Origin: Candidatus Uhrbacteria bacterium
Lineage (GTDB): Bacteria; Patescibacteriota; Patescibacteriia; JACQRZ01
Assembly (NCBI GenBank): GCA_016188385.1
Contig: JACPHV010000030.1
Span: 1-46,608, forward strand
DNA: 46,608 nucleotides
Direction of reading: 5' to 3'
How positions within the stretch are numbered: position 1 is the stretch's first letter; every line of letters begins with the position of its first letter. Made by a program: the position numbers and the translations under genes. Below are positions 1 through 9,922 of the stretch, in pieces. The notes beneath the pieces are model-generated. The model was not told the origin of the DNA. It saw only the letters and a program-made list of their open reading frames with translations, and searched no databases.

Positions 1-1035
1 GTCCTTATGGCCTATCGCGCATTCTCGTTTCGGATTGCCATTGGATGCGTTGTCGCCGCCGCCGCTTCCGCGCCAATTGCTTTTATTGCCAATTCTTTAC
101 TATCGCGCCAGCTTCCCGTAACCATCATCGTACCTGACGCGCTTGCATTTTTGTCCGTGATCTGGTCGAAATTTACGCCGTTCTGGGAATACCGATTTAA
201 CGCTGCGCTTGATTTTGCTTATTTTTTCATTGGTAATGCCAATTTCTTTCTACTCGTTACCGGCATTGCAGGGGCTGCGTTTCTCTCTGTATCTCGAAAT
301 ATCATACAGAGACGAATCGCCGCGACTCTGTTCGTCGGATCATGCGCCATGTTTGCCTCTTTTATCATACTGCGCGGCTTTATATCATTTCCTTCATTGC
401 CGGAGTACGAACGGACAATTTACGCGGACCGTATGGCGGAAATCGCGTTTCTTTTTCTTTTCGTATTGAGTATCTACGCGATACAAAACGCTGTTCGGAT
501 TATTGCCGCGTTCAGGAGCCCATTGCTCATATTCACGGTGCTACTAGGGATCTCATTAGCGGCGAGCGTACATGTGTATGCGTCTTATCCGCGCAATGAC
601 GGCTACACGCCCTATCACGGATACACGATCGCACAGACGGATATTGACGCTGTCCGCATGATCGCCTCGCATGCCGATGGCGCGGAATTTATCGTCCTTG
701 CGAATCAAGTGGTATCTTCCGCGAGTGTGCGGGAATACGGATTTCGCCGCTATTATCAAGTGCCGGCCGATGCCGGCATGTTTGATCAATTTTACTATCC
801 GATCCCTGCCGGATCTCCGCTTTCCGTCTTGTATCGAGAAATGCTCGCGCATCCTTCAAGGAGCGTAGCAGAGCGCGCGATGAAATTTGTCGGAGTTTCG
901 AAGGCGTATTTCGTAGTCAATCGATACGAGCCAAGGTTTCGAACCATCATAGAAATGGCAAAGCAGGACGCGGATGATGTGTATGTGATCGGGGATGATT
1001 CGGTGACGGTTCTGTACTACGAGTTGAAACTGTAG
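1..1035 (+). CDS. Polytopic membrane protein with a soluble C-terminal domain, 5'-truncated; possibly a GT-C-like or surface-glycan-related protein
   Basis: Frame is open from base 1 (gtc ctt atg). Several hydrophobic segments are followed by a polar domain (YPRNDGY...YYPIPAGSPL). Convergent with the GT cluster. Confidence 0.6.
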   Translation, partial: VLMAYRAFSFRIAIGCVVAAAASAPIAFIANSLLSRQLPVTIIVPDALAFLSVIWSKFTPFWEYRFNAALDFAYFFIGNANFFLLVTGIAGAAFLSVSRNIIQRRIAATLFVGSCAMFASFIILRGFISFPSLPEYERTIYADRMAEIAFLFLFVLSIYAIQNAVRIIAAFRSPLLIFTVLLGISLAASVHVYASYPRNDGYTPYHGYTIAQTDIDAVRMIASHADGAEFIVLANQVVSSASVREYGFRRYYQVPADAGMFDQFYYPIPAGSPLSVLYREMLAHPSRSVAERAMKFVGVSKAYFVVNRYEPRFRTIIEMAKQDADDVYVIGDDSVTVLYYELKL

Positions 1036-1054
1036 AAACCCCTGCAAAATCGCC

Positions 1055-2290
1055 TCAAAAAAGTGTGAGCAGTTTCTTGCAGTACAAGTTCGCGGTATCA
1101 TCACGCACGGTTTGGTACGCGCGGGTACTCATGGTTTCATACTCCTTATTCGTAAGCTTTGCCAGGCGGTCAAGCGCGTGCGCGAGCAGAGTGACATCGC
1201 CGGGAGGATAAGAAAATCCGTTCTCTCCCTCGCGAACACGTTCTGCCGCGCCGCCGCTCCGAGCGGCAATGACAGGTACACCTGCTGCAAAGCTTTCTTG
1301 AATAACCATCGGGGCGTTTTCACAAAGCAGAGATGGCACTACGGTACAGTGGGTTTGTGAAAGGAGTTGCCGAACTCCTTCACGCGACACATGCCCTTTC
1401 ATCATAATGCGGCTGTCTTGCTGCGCAAGCCGCGCAACCGTGTCAAAAAGAGTGCCCGTACCGGCGATGACGAGCCGCGCGTTCGGATTGTTCAGTCTGA
1501 AAAAAGCGGCAAGCAAATCCGGCAGACCTTTATGGGCTTTTAGAAGCCCGACGTAGGAAAAAAACATTTCATTTCTCCCGAGCGCTTGAAGACGCGCGTG
1601 GAGAGCTTCCTCGAATTCTTCATAGGTAAACTTCATCGCGGACGGTATCGGATTTTGAATGACGTATTTGTTCGATGCCGGGAAAAATTTTTTCCGATCA
1701 TAAAAAGTCCGCAAAAATTGCGAAGGATATACTACGCTTGATGGCGAAACCATCGCGGTACGCATCAAAACGCTGTAGATCCGAGAAATGGAGAACAGGG
1801 GGTCAGCCACCATTACTCCCGCCTTTTTTTCAATCAATACGCCGCTCGGGATGCCGAGCTGAACGTCATGCACGGTGTGAATCCATGGAACGCGGGCATG
1901 CCGCACGGCGGCAGGAACCAAAAACCCAAGACCGGTCAGATTATGGGTGTAGATGCGATCGGGCTTTTCCTTTGCGATTACAAAACGCGCTGCCGCATAG
2001 CTATGAGCATTGAACAAAGCGCACGCATGCCAGATAAGACGTATAAAAAATGACTTCCCCTCTTCAATAGATGGAAACGAAAAAATGTTGAGCGGATAAA
2101 AACGATAGACCGTTAGGCCGTCTTCTTCTCTCCCGCGTGGCGCCAGAGAACGGAATCCATGCCATATTCCAGTCGTTAGAATGATTACTTCATGGGTTTG
2201 TTTGAGCTCATCCGCTATGGTTTGAGCAACTATTTCCGCGCCGCCGCGGGCATAGGGGCGGAATAAGCTCGCGATGATCAGTATTTTCAT
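1055..2290 (-). CDS. Glycosyltransferase family 4 (GT-B)
   Basis: MKILII...PYARGGAE N-terminus; VGLLKAHKG; ENAPMVIQESFAAGVPVIA (EX7E motif). Confidence 0.92.
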   Translation of the reverse strand: MKILIIASLFRPYARGGAEIVAQTIADELKQTHEVIILTTGIWHGFRSLAPRGREEDGLTVYRFYPLNIFSFPSIEEGKSFFIRLIWHACALFNAHSYAAARFVIAKEKPDRIYTHNLTGLGFLVPAAVRHARVPWIHTVHDVQLGIPSGVLIEKKAGVMVADPLFSISRIYSVLMRTAMVSPSSVVYPSQFLRTFYDRKKFFPASNKYVIQNPIPSAMKFTYEEFEEALHARLQALGRNEMFFSYVGLLKAHKGLPDLLAAFFRLNNPNARLVIAGTGTLFDTVARLAQQDSRIMMKGHVSREGVRQLLSQTHCTVVPSLLCENAPMVIQESFAAGVPVIAARSGGAAERVREGENGFSYPPGDVTLLAHALDRLAKLTNKEYETMSTRAYQTVRDDTANLYCKKLLTLF

Positions 2291-2291
2291 T

Positions 2292-3485
2292 TCAAGGAAT
2301 CAAGTGTTTCAGAAACAATTGCTTGACTGCCGTATAGGAATACTCTTCCTCCACGATGCGCCGTCCGTTTTTTCCCAACTCATGCGCGCGGGACGGATCA
2401 TTGAGCAGTTCAAACATTCTTTCCGCGAGGCGTTCAATCGTTCGCGGCGGCACAAGATAGCCATTCATGGAATCGCGGACAACGCTCCGTATGCCGGCAA
2501 GATCGGACGCGATGACTGCCGTACCGCATGCCATAGACTCAATCAGCACAAGGCCGAACGATTCGGATGAATCGATTGATGGCAGGACGGTGGCAGCCGC
2601 GAGAGAATAATACGCCGCAAGATCTTTTTCTTCCGCGATCCTTCCGGTAAAGATTACTTTATCGGCAATACCGAGCTGTCCTGCAAGGTTTTGATAATGA
2701 TTGATGAGATTGCCATATCCCACCAAAATAAGGGCGGGCAAAGGGTATCGCCGCGCGTTTTCCAGCATGCGCGTAAGCGCTTCAAACGCTTCAAGCAGAT
2801 ATTCGACTCCTTTGAAGTAATGCGCATCGTCGAGCCCTCCGACAAACAGTACGACAGGCTGATCCGAGCTTAATGAATGCTTCTCACGGATCGCTTCTTT
2901 TGCTTCCTCGCTCGCCGTGCCGTAGACGCTGGTATCCACGGAATGGGGCAGCACAACCATCTTGGAACGATACCGCGCAAAAAAAGGAGCAAGTCTTGAC
3001 TGACGCGCGTAGTCGAGAGACGAAATAAAAATGCGGTCTGCGTACTTAATGATCAACGGCAAAAAAAGCAGGGTAGTGAAGCGGAAAATCAGTTTCTCGT
3101 ACGCCTTTTTCCCGACAAGATCCATATGATAGGTGACGACATACCGCGTTCCCCAGACAAACCGAGCAAGCACCATTGCAAGAGCGGCATCTAAAAAGGG
3201 GTAATGGAAATGGGCGCGTTGAAAAGAACGTAACACCCAGAACAACTGTGGGAGTACGGCGGCATTCCCCAATGAAATAAACGGACGCAAGCGTCGTATT
3301 GCCATTAGACCATCTGTCTCTCGCGCGGGGATGTTGCGTTTCCGTATCCAGCCGTACCAAGGAGTCAGGATGGTCGTATCATATCCGCCTTCGGCCGCCA
3401 TGCGGGCATTCGCGTGAGCTACGACTCCGATGCCGCCGCGATATGGCGTGTATACGGGGGTAAGAACAGCGAGTTTTTTTTGCAT
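2292..3485 (-). CDS. Glycosyltransferase family 4 (GT-B)
   Basis: PYRGGIG; FVGGLD...FKGV; ESFGLVLIESMACGTAVIAS. Confidence 0.93.
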   Translation of the reverse strand: MQKKLAVLTPVYTPYRGGIGVVAHANARMAAEGGYDTTILTPWYGWIRKRNIPARETDGLMAIRRLRPFISLGNAAVLPQLFWVLRSFQRAHFHYPFLDAALAMVLARFVWGTRYVVTYHMDLVGKKAYEKLIFRFTTLLFLPLIIKYADRIFISSLDYARQSRLAPFFARYRSKMVVLPHSVDTSVYGTASEEAKEAIREKHSLSSDQPVVLFVGGLDDAHYFKGVEYLLEAFEALTRMLENARRYPLPALILVGYGNLINHYQNLAGQLGIADKVIFTGRIAEEKDLAAYYSLAAATVLPSIDSSESFGLVLIESMACGTAVIASDLAGIRSVVRDSMNGYLVPPRTIERLAERMFELLNDPSRAHELGKNGRRIVEEEYSYTAVKQLFLKHLIP

Positions 3486-3522
3486 AGACGGCTCTGACGT
3501 TACGGGGAATGTAAAAATTCTC

Positions 3523-4593
3523 TTAAAACAATCGCACTATCTGGCGCGCAAAGAAAAAATAGCATCTTGTCAATGGATTCGCAATCGCGCGCAAGATCGG
3601 GTTATCAATATCCTGAAATTGAATCACGGGATCGAACAGCGAAACAATCGCGCTTTCCGGCACGATGCGGGACCTTTGGATTGCTACGCGTTTCTTCCAA
3701 AGCGATACCCAAATCTGCTTGGAAAAAAATGAACGATACGCCCGAGTTTTTTCTTTCCTTGTCAACGTACCTTTTCCGATCGCTGAATGAACGCAGCTGT
3801 AAAAAAAGATTCCCCCTTCCCACACAAGAATAAGCGGAGCGAATATACACAATGAAGCGCTGCTGTAATTTTTCAATAGCATCAATACGCGATTACGTTC
3901 CATATAAAAAAACTTTTTTATGCTTCGAGAAAATTCGTAATGGTGGTATACGATCGAGGATGGGTCCACGATACAGCGAAAACCGGCTATGCGCATACGC
4001 CAACACAGGTCCGTGTCTTCGTGATACATAAAAAAATCTTCATCAAACAATCCTACGCGGCGCAAGACGGCAACGCGCAACAGAACAGCCGCCCCGCTGC
4101 AATACGCGACCTCTTTTCGTTCACAGTGATATTGCGCGAGCGTCTTCCGATATCCTCGCGTATACCCGAACCCTGCGGGATGCAAAGCATTGCCGCAGGA
4201 GTTAATGAGGGTACGTTCAGGATCGAGCATGATGAGGGGCTGCGCGGCGCCAATCAAAGGATCGGATTCCATCGCGGATACCAACGAAGGAAGAAAATCT
4301 TTTTCAAAGAGCACATCCTGATTCGCTAAAAATACATACTCAAATCCCTTTTCGAAGCAATATCTTATTCCCTGATTTGCGGCGAACGCATACCCCATAT
4401 TTTCCCGATTGGAGATGATGTGCGCATCCGGCGCGCGGCGGCGTACCGTGGGTACAGTATCATCACTTGATCCATTATCCACGACAATAAGGATCCGGTA
4501 GTCTTGCTTATGCGTCTTTTGCAACGACTCGAGAAAATGTTCAATATCGCCTTGGCCGTTATAGGTGACGACGACAAGCGCTGTGCGTATCAT
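3523..4593 (-). CDS. Glycosyltransferase family 2 (GT-A, RfbF/WbbL-like)
   Basis: VVVTYN, VVDNGSSD, NMGYAFAANQG, FFMYHEDTDLCWR. Confidence 0.93.
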   Translation of the reverse strand: MIRTALVVVTYNGQGDIEHFLESLQKTHKQDYRILIVVDNGSSDDTVPTVRRRAPDAHIISNRENMGYAFAANQGIRYCFEKGFEYVFLANQDVLFEKDFLPSLVSAMESDPLIGAAQPLIMLDPERTLINSCGNALHPAGFGYTRGYRKTLAQYHCERKEVAYCSGAAVLLRVAVLRRVGLFDEDFFMYHEDTDLCWRMRIAGFRCIVDPSSIVYHHYEFSRSIKKFFYMERNRVLMLLKNYSSASLCIFAPLILVWEGGIFFYSCVHSAIGKGTLTRKEKTRAYRSFFSKQIWVSLWKKRVAIQRSRIVPESAIVSLFDPVIQFQDIDNPILRAIANPLTRCYFFFARQIVRLF

Positions 4594-4594
4594 A

Positions 4595-5164
4595 CTAATA
4601 CTCCACGTCGACTCTGCCCGTGATCCTGTTGAACGTGATCGCGCGCGTATGCCCGCTCTTCGTATCCTTCAGAGTAATGAGCACTATGGACACGTCCGGC
4701 TTGCCATTCACCAAGCCGGCTGCTTGCGGGGCGCGGAACGCGAGATGTGCTTTATCGACCAATACGCCGTCAAACGTGATTCCGCCCAATTCAATATTTT
4801 TGTGAGCGCCTATATCAAATGATATGGATTCGCCGATCATATCATCTTTCCCTTGACCCTCCCACACGCCGACAGTATTTCCTTTTTTATTATCGGCAAA
4901 CAGCAAGACTGTATCGGATTTTTCGAGATATATGCCGAAACTTTCAGCCGTAGGATATTCCTTATGCGTGCCTGTTTGAGCGTAATTTTGCGTCTTGCGA
5001 AGCGCATCTGCAATCCTCATCGCTACAAGCCGCAAAGCTTCGTCCTGTCGGCCTTTTTGAAAACTCACTACCGAAGTCGTCGAGATGATACCGATAAGTG
5101 CGATGATAATGTGGATCTCGAAAAGAGTAAAGCCCTGAGGCGATTTTGGATTTCTATGGCGCAT
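4595..5164 (-). CDS. Minor type IV pilin/pseudopilin (FimT/GspH-like)
   Basis: Class III signal QG|FTLFE followed by a hydrophobic helix; C-terminal ITFNRITGRV typical of this class. Confidence 0.8.
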   Translation of the reverse strand: MRHRNPKSPQGFTLFEIHIIIALIGIISTTSVVSFQKGRQDEALRLVAMRIADALRKTQNYAQTGTHKEYPTAESFGIYLEKSDTVLLFADNKKGNTVGVWEGQGKDDMIGESISFDIGAHKNIELGGITFDGVLVDKAHLAFRAPQAAGLVNGKPDVSIVLITLKDTKSGHTRAITFNRITGRVDVEY

Positions 5165-5209
5165 AGTGCCTCATTAATTGAGTGGTAAGTACCAGTGACA
5201 CTAAAAAAA

Positions 5210-6040
5210 TCAATAGAATGGCAGGTAAAACGCGTGTTCAATAAATCTCATCAACGGATCGTGCGCGAGCAATACAATTGCCGTTGCGGCGGCAAGAAAA
5301 GGACCGAATGGCACAGCGCTTTTGCGGCCGTATCCGAAAAAGAGCATCAAGACTATGCTTGCGATCGCTCCGATCATGTACGCGAAAAAAAGCACGGCCA
5401 AAATCCCCGGATACCCTACCATAAATCCGAATAACAATCCAAGATAGATATCGCCGCTTCCCACCCACCTGCCTCCGGAGATCGCGTACTGTACAAAGAA
5501 AAAAAGCGCACCTACCAAACCGGCGACAAGATAGTGCAGAAAACCGATATTCATGGCACAGGCAACAAATGATGAGCATTCTGCCGCGCTTTGGAAAAAA
5601 GAACCATTCAACACATACGCGATTCCCGCGAATACCAATGTCGGAATCACCGGCACCACCATCCAACGCCAATCATAGACAAAAAGGATGATAATCACCG
5701 CAAGAAAAAACCAAAGCCGTGTCAATTCCACGATATCACCGATACCGACCGCGAAAAAACCATGAGGAAATACGATAGCATAGGACATCGCAAACAAGAC
5801 ACCGGCAGCACATTCAACAAGGGGGTATTGGATTGTGAGCGGTGCGCTGCAGGTTCGACATGTACCGCGGACTATGATATAGCTGAAGATCGGAATGAGA
5901 TCGCGGATTCCCAATACTCGTTGGCATGCATCGCACTTCGATCGCCCGCGAATGGGCGAACGTCCTTCATACGTACGCATGATATATACGTTCAAAAAGC
6001 TGCCGACAGCGAGACCAATGATGAATACGAGGATGATCAT
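5210..6040 (-). CDS. pilD: Prepilin peptidase (A24)
   Basis: GSFLNV, two CxxC pairs (CDAC, CRTC), catalytic YD and GSGD motifs, PFGPFL. Confidence 0.95.
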   Translation of the reverse strand: MIILVFIIGLAVGSFLNVYIMRTYEGRSPIRGRSKCDACQRVLGIRDLIPIFSYIIVRGTCRTCSAPLTIQYPLVECAAGVLFAMSYAIVFPHGFFAVGIGDIVELTRLWFFLAVIIILFVYDWRWMVVPVIPTLVFAGIAYVLNGSFFQSAAECSSFVACAMNIGFLHYLVAGLVGALFFFVQYAISGGRWVGSGDIYLGLLFGFMVGYPGILAVLFFAYMIGAIASIVLMLFFGYGRKSAVPFGPFLAAATAIVLLAHDPLMRFIEHAFYLPFY

Positions 6041-6116
6041 GATAGATATCTTGAGACCGTAGAAAAATAGCTAATATTTTGCTGCTGTCTCAGTTTACCA
6101 GGATAGAGGCAATAAG

Positions 6117-6144
6117 AAAAGAACCCCTCATGGAGGGGCTCTTT
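6117..6144 (-). terminator. Intrinsic terminator after the major pilin gene
   Basis: Minus strand reads GAGCCCCTC-CAT-GAGGGGTTC followed by TTTTCTTATT. Confidence 0.75.
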
Positions 6145-6162
6145 CACAACTACCCTATTCGT

Positions 6163-6639
6163 TTAGGTTCCCGGCTGAATGCCAGTTTGTGTTGCTTTAT
6201 GTGTCTTACCAGCCTCAAGATTTCCCGTCTTTGTCTCGAGTTGAAATGACACTTCGTATCCTGTACACGCATCCGTACAATTCGCAGGCAAAGCGGTATA
6301 TTTATAGACGAGGTTCGCTTTATTGGTTGGATCCAATGGAACCGGATTCAAATAAACCGTCCCGCAACCGGTAGTATCCTTTTGCGCGCCTACATCACAG
6401 ACGACAACGTAATCACCTGCACCTAAGGCGGCTGCAGCGCCCGCAGGATAATATCCTCCGGTATCACTGCTATAAAGCTCCAGTGCTGACTGAACTTGCT
6501 TAATGTCAGAAACTCGCTTTGAGTCGCGCGCCTTGGCACGCGCATTTCCAACCGACACCACCGTGACGGTCGCGAGAATGCCGATGATGCCGATGGTCAC
6601 GAGCAGCTCAACGAGCGTAAAACCACTTGCTTTTCGCAT
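6163..6639 (-). CDS. Type IV pilin (likely major pilin, GspG/PilA-like)
   Basis: SG|FTLVELLVTIGIIGILA, ARAKARD motif, four Cys; has its own upstream AT-rich region and terminator. Confidence 0.9.
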   Translation of the reverse strand: MRKASGFTLVELLVTIGIIGILATVTVVSVGNARAKARDSKRVSDIKQVQSALELYSSDTGGYYPAGAAAALGAGDYVVVCDVGAQKDTTGCGTVYLNPVPLDPTNKANLVYKYTALPANCTDACTGYEVSFQLETKTGNLEAGKTHKATQTGIQPGT

Positions 6640-6706
6640 ACACGTAATAATTATGCGTTAAATGATTAAATGCGATACCGTCAACCAAACGATATCATCT
6701 ATGGAG

Positions 6707-6715
6707 TTATCCACA
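6707..6715 (+). promoter_or_regulatory. Consensus DnaA box TTATCCACA in the pilC-pilin intergenic region
   Basis: Exact 9-mer, next to minus-strand TATACT hexamers at 6723-6733. Confidence 0.4.
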
Positions 6716-6762
6716 ACTTATAAGTATAGTATAGCATAATTTTTCATATGTGGGTATACCCA

Positions 6763-7980
6763 TCAGAACTGTGAAGTCAAAGTATACATCGGCAAAAGTA
6801 TGCCGGCGACCATGACGCCGACACCAAGCCCAAGCAATACCATAATCACCGGCTCAATAAGCGAGATGACATTTTCTATCATGGCATTGATCTCGCGGAC
6901 ATAAAAACTCGTCACCTTATCAAGCACATCGTCAAGCCGCCCCGTTTGCTCGCCTACCGAAAGCATCTGCGACACAAGCGATGGCACATATTTCGATTTG
7001 GCAAAAACGGATGATACGGGATTGCCATCCTCAACCGCTTTTATGGTCTGATCAATCAAGTCTTCATACACGGCATTGCCGATCACGTCGCGCACCACGC
7101 GCAGTCCCTGCGGAACTGTGATGCCACCGACCAAAATCGTTGAAAAACTCCTTGTAAAACGCACCAGATAGATATACTTGAACAAATCTCCGAAGATCGG
7201 AATTTTTAATTTAGCCGTATCAAACATCCGTTTCCCTTCCGGCGTACGCCCGTAATATCCGGCGCCGACTCCAAGTCCTATCGCTCCAAAAAGTATCAGC
7301 CACCAAAACGCCTGGAAAAAATCAGTTGTCCCGATAAGAATGCGGGTCGTCAACGGCAATACGACATCAGGCCCGAGCTCGGTAAACATCGTAAGCATTT
7401 TTGGAAGCACGAACGTCATCATCACAAACGCCGCGACGATCAACAATGAAATAATAAAAATCGGATACGTCATCGCGCCGACAATCTTGCTCTGCAGTTC
7501 GTAGTCCTTTTCTTGCTGGTCAGCCAAATAATTGAGAGTGTCGTCAAGCTTTCCGGAAGTTTCTCCGGATTTGATCATGTTGATAAAAAAGGTGCCAAAC
7601 ACCTTTGGATACCGTTCAAGCGCCAGTGAAAGCTTGGTGCCCCCTTCCACTTCATCAACGATTTCTCGCAACGCTTTTTGCAATGTTTGATTCTCCGCTT
7701 GATTAGAGAGGATGCGCAACGCTTGCACAAGCGGAATCGCCGCGGAAATCAAGATCGAAAGCTGTCGCAAAAAAATGGCAAGATCTTTTTTGGAAACCGT
7801 GTTAAAAAATTTATTGATCGCCTCAATAACATTCGACTGCTTTTTGATTTCCTCAAGGCTCGTCACCACCAGTTCGCGGTCCATCAATTGGGAAGCCGCG
7901 TTGTCTTTTGAATCGGCATCAATGGCGCCTTCTACTATCGCGTCAGCGCGGTTGCGCGCTTTGTATGTATATTGAGGCAT
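6763..7980 (-). CDS. pilC: Type IV pilus platform protein PilC / T2SS F family
   Basis: YTYKARN N-terminus; two GspF repeats (GETSGKLD, GEQTGRLD); IEPVIMV. Confidence 0.95.
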   Translation of the reverse strand: MPQYTYKARNRADAIVEGAIDADSKDNAASQLMDRELVVTSLEEIKKQSNVIEAINKFFNTVSKKDLAIFLRQLSILISAAIPLVQALRILSNQAENQTLQKALREIVDEVEGGTKLSLALERYPKVFGTFFINMIKSGETSGKLDDTLNYLADQQEKDYELQSKIVGAMTYPIFIISLLIVAAFVMMTFVLPKMLTMFTELGPDVVLPLTTRILIGTTDFFQAFWWLILFGAIGLGVGAGYYGRTPEGKRMFDTAKLKIPIFGDLFKYIYLVRFTRSFSTILVGGITVPQGLRVVRDVIGNAVYEDLIDQTIKAVEDGNPVSSVFAKSKYVPSLVSQMLSVGEQTGRLDDVLDKVTSFYVREINAMIENVISLIEPVIMVLLGLGVGVMVAGILLPMYTLTSQF

Positions 7981-9026
7981 TAGAATTGTTCCAGAAATCG
8001 GATATCATTGGCGTACAACAAACGCAAATCTCCGATATTCACATTATTCTTCATCAAATAGGATCGTTCAACGCCGAACCCAAACGCAAATCCCGTGAAT
8101 ACGTCCGGATCATAACCGCCGGCGGTAAGCACATGGGGGTGAACCATGCCGGCGCCGCCGATCTCTGACCATCCGTCTTTGCAATACGCGCATGATCTGC
8201 CGAGGCATAAGCCGCACGTTACGTCTATCTCGAAACTCGGCTCCGTAAAACGAAAATGGTAGGGGCGGAGCCGCGCCTTTCTCCCCTTTCCGAAAAAATG
8301 AGTGACAAAATGCTGGATCGTGCCGATCAGCTGCCGCATCGTGACGATACGATCAACCGCCAATCCCTCGAATTGATGAAACATCGGAAGATGCGAAATA
8401 TCAATCTGCCGCCGGTAGCATTTCGCGATGTTGATCATACGCACTCCTTGTCCACGTTTGGCGCGTTTCTCCATTTCCCGAACCTGGCCCGATGACGTAT
8501 GCGGTGTCAATACCACTCTACCATACGTTCCGCTTTCTTTCTCGCTGATGAAAAAAGTCTCCCATTCGTCACGCGCGGGATGGTCTTTCGGCATATTCAA
8601 CGATTCGAATGCGTAGTGATCCCATTCTAACTCGGGATAGCTCATGCGGGAAAAACCAAGAGGGGTGAATATCTTTTCGATCTCATGAATTGCCTGCGTC
8701 ACGAGATGGAGATGTCCCTGCGCGGCGCGTATACCGGGAAGCGTGACATCAAGCGACTGCTTATACGGCGCTTTTGATCCGGCTTCAAGCAGATGTCTCG
8801 CGCTCCGAAAGGCTTTTTCAAGTTCCTGCTTTGTCGAATTGACCAGTTGACCTACGAGACGGCGATCTTGTGCCGGGATGCTTCCGATCCGCTTTGAAAG
8901 CAAGGTGAAAGAACCTTTCCTGCCAAGGATATCAAATTCATACCGCCGCACCGTCGCCTCGTCGGTCATATCCGCAAGTTTGGCTATCGTGTGTGTAAGC
9001 AAGTTTTTTAGTTCATCCTGCAGCAT
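7980..9026 (-). CDS. pheS: Phenylalanyl-tRNA synthetase alpha subunit
   Basis: HPARD, HLPMFHQFEG, FRFTEPSFE, GFAFGFGVER, DIRFLEQF. Confidence 0.97.
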   Translation of the reverse strand: MLQDELKNLLTHTIAKLADMTDEATVRRYEFDILGRKGSFTLLSKRIGSIPAQDRRLVGQLVNSTKQELEKAFRSARHLLEAGSKAPYKQSLDVTLPGIRAAQGHLHLVTQAIHEIEKIFTPLGFSRMSYPELEWDHYAFESLNMPKDHPARDEWETFFISEKESGTYGRVVLTPHTSSGQVREMEKRAKRGQGVRMINIAKCYRRQIDISHLPMFHQFEGLAVDRIVTMRQLIGTIQHFVTHFFGKGRKARLRPYHFRFTEPSFEIDVTCGLCLGRSCAYCKDGWSEIGGAGMVHPHVLTAGGYDPDVFTGFAFGFGVERSYLMKNNVNIGDLRLLYANDIRFLEQF

Positions 9027-9044
9027 ACAATGTTACGGGTTTAT

Positions 9045-9431
9045 TCACCGCTGACGCGCCGGCTTACGAGAAATGAGGAATAATTCGGCAACAGAAAGTC
9101 CGATAATCAATAATAAGAGATTATACCATGTCAATAACCGTTGTCCTTGCAGTAATAAGATCCCGTCAAGCAGTACTGCAAAAAAGATCCCTTGTCGGAA
9201 TGATATGGCAACTTTCTGAAAAAGAAGCTCATCTCGCATCATGGCAAGCCGCATAAGAAATCCCAAGAGTGAAAAAGTCCCGGTCAAGGCGCAAGTCAAA
9301 CTGCCATAAAATAGGAGAAAACCGAATGGCCCCGCTTGAAACGGATTTACATTGACAAGCACAGTATACCACGCCCCCCATGAAATGAGAGTACCCGCGC
9401 TCAATATGACGAGATAGTGGATAAGCGACAT
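9045..9431 (-). CDS. Four-TM hypothetical membrane protein
   Basis: Four hydrophobic segments, SFRQG motif; tightly packed between neighbours. Confidence 0.75.
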   Translation of the reverse strand: MSLIHYLVILSAGTLISWGAWYTVLVNVNPFQAGPFGFLLFYGSLTCALTGTFSLLGFLMRLAMMRDELLFQKVAISFRQGIFFAVLLDGILLLQGQRLLTWYNLLLLIIGLSVAELFLISRKPARQR

Positions 9432-9436
9432 GGCGG

Positions 9437-9922
9437 TTATTGTAATCCTTCCGGTGTGGCGTCGTGCGATCCGGCAACGGCAAGAGCATTAGTTTCCAGC
9501 GTGAATTGTATGGCATACCACATGCAGCCGTTCGGCGAGGAGCAGATTGATTGCCTGTCAGCACCGAATGTCGCGTATATCATCGGGTTGGCGGCATCAG
9601 GCACTGTTGGAATGACTCCGATAAATCCTTCACGGCATTCATCGAGCGTCCGATCCGTAATTCCCGCTTTACTGATACAATCCGCTCCGGATACGCCGAT
9701 TGCCAGCGATCCGTCCGCGGCCGGAGGGAATACGGCATAACGCGAAGCAAATGCTCCCAGTGATGACTGCGCTTCAAGTACGCGGCTCATCATTTGGATA
9801 TCGCGGCTTCTCGCTTGTTCGTACTGATTCAAAAACCATGCGCCGAAACCGACCGCGACTACGAGCAACCCGGCTCCGATACGTTCAGCAAGCAATTGTC
9901 TCTGTTCGGAATCCATACTCAT
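9437..9922 (-). CDS. Pilin-like protein with one N-terminal TM helix and no class III cleavage motif
   Basis: ARSRD...QSSL...FP and YAIQFTLET resemble ARAKARD...QSAL...YP and YEVSFQLET of the 6163-6639 pilin; four Cys. Confidence 0.65.
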   Translation of the reverse strand: MSMDSEQRQLLAERIGAGLLVVAVGFGAWFLNQYEQARSRDIQMMSRVLEAQSSLGAFASRYAVFPPAADGSLAIGVSGADCISKAGITDRTLDECREGFIGVIPTVPDAANPMIYATFGADRQSICSSPNGCMWYAIQFTLETNALAVAGSHDATPEGLQ

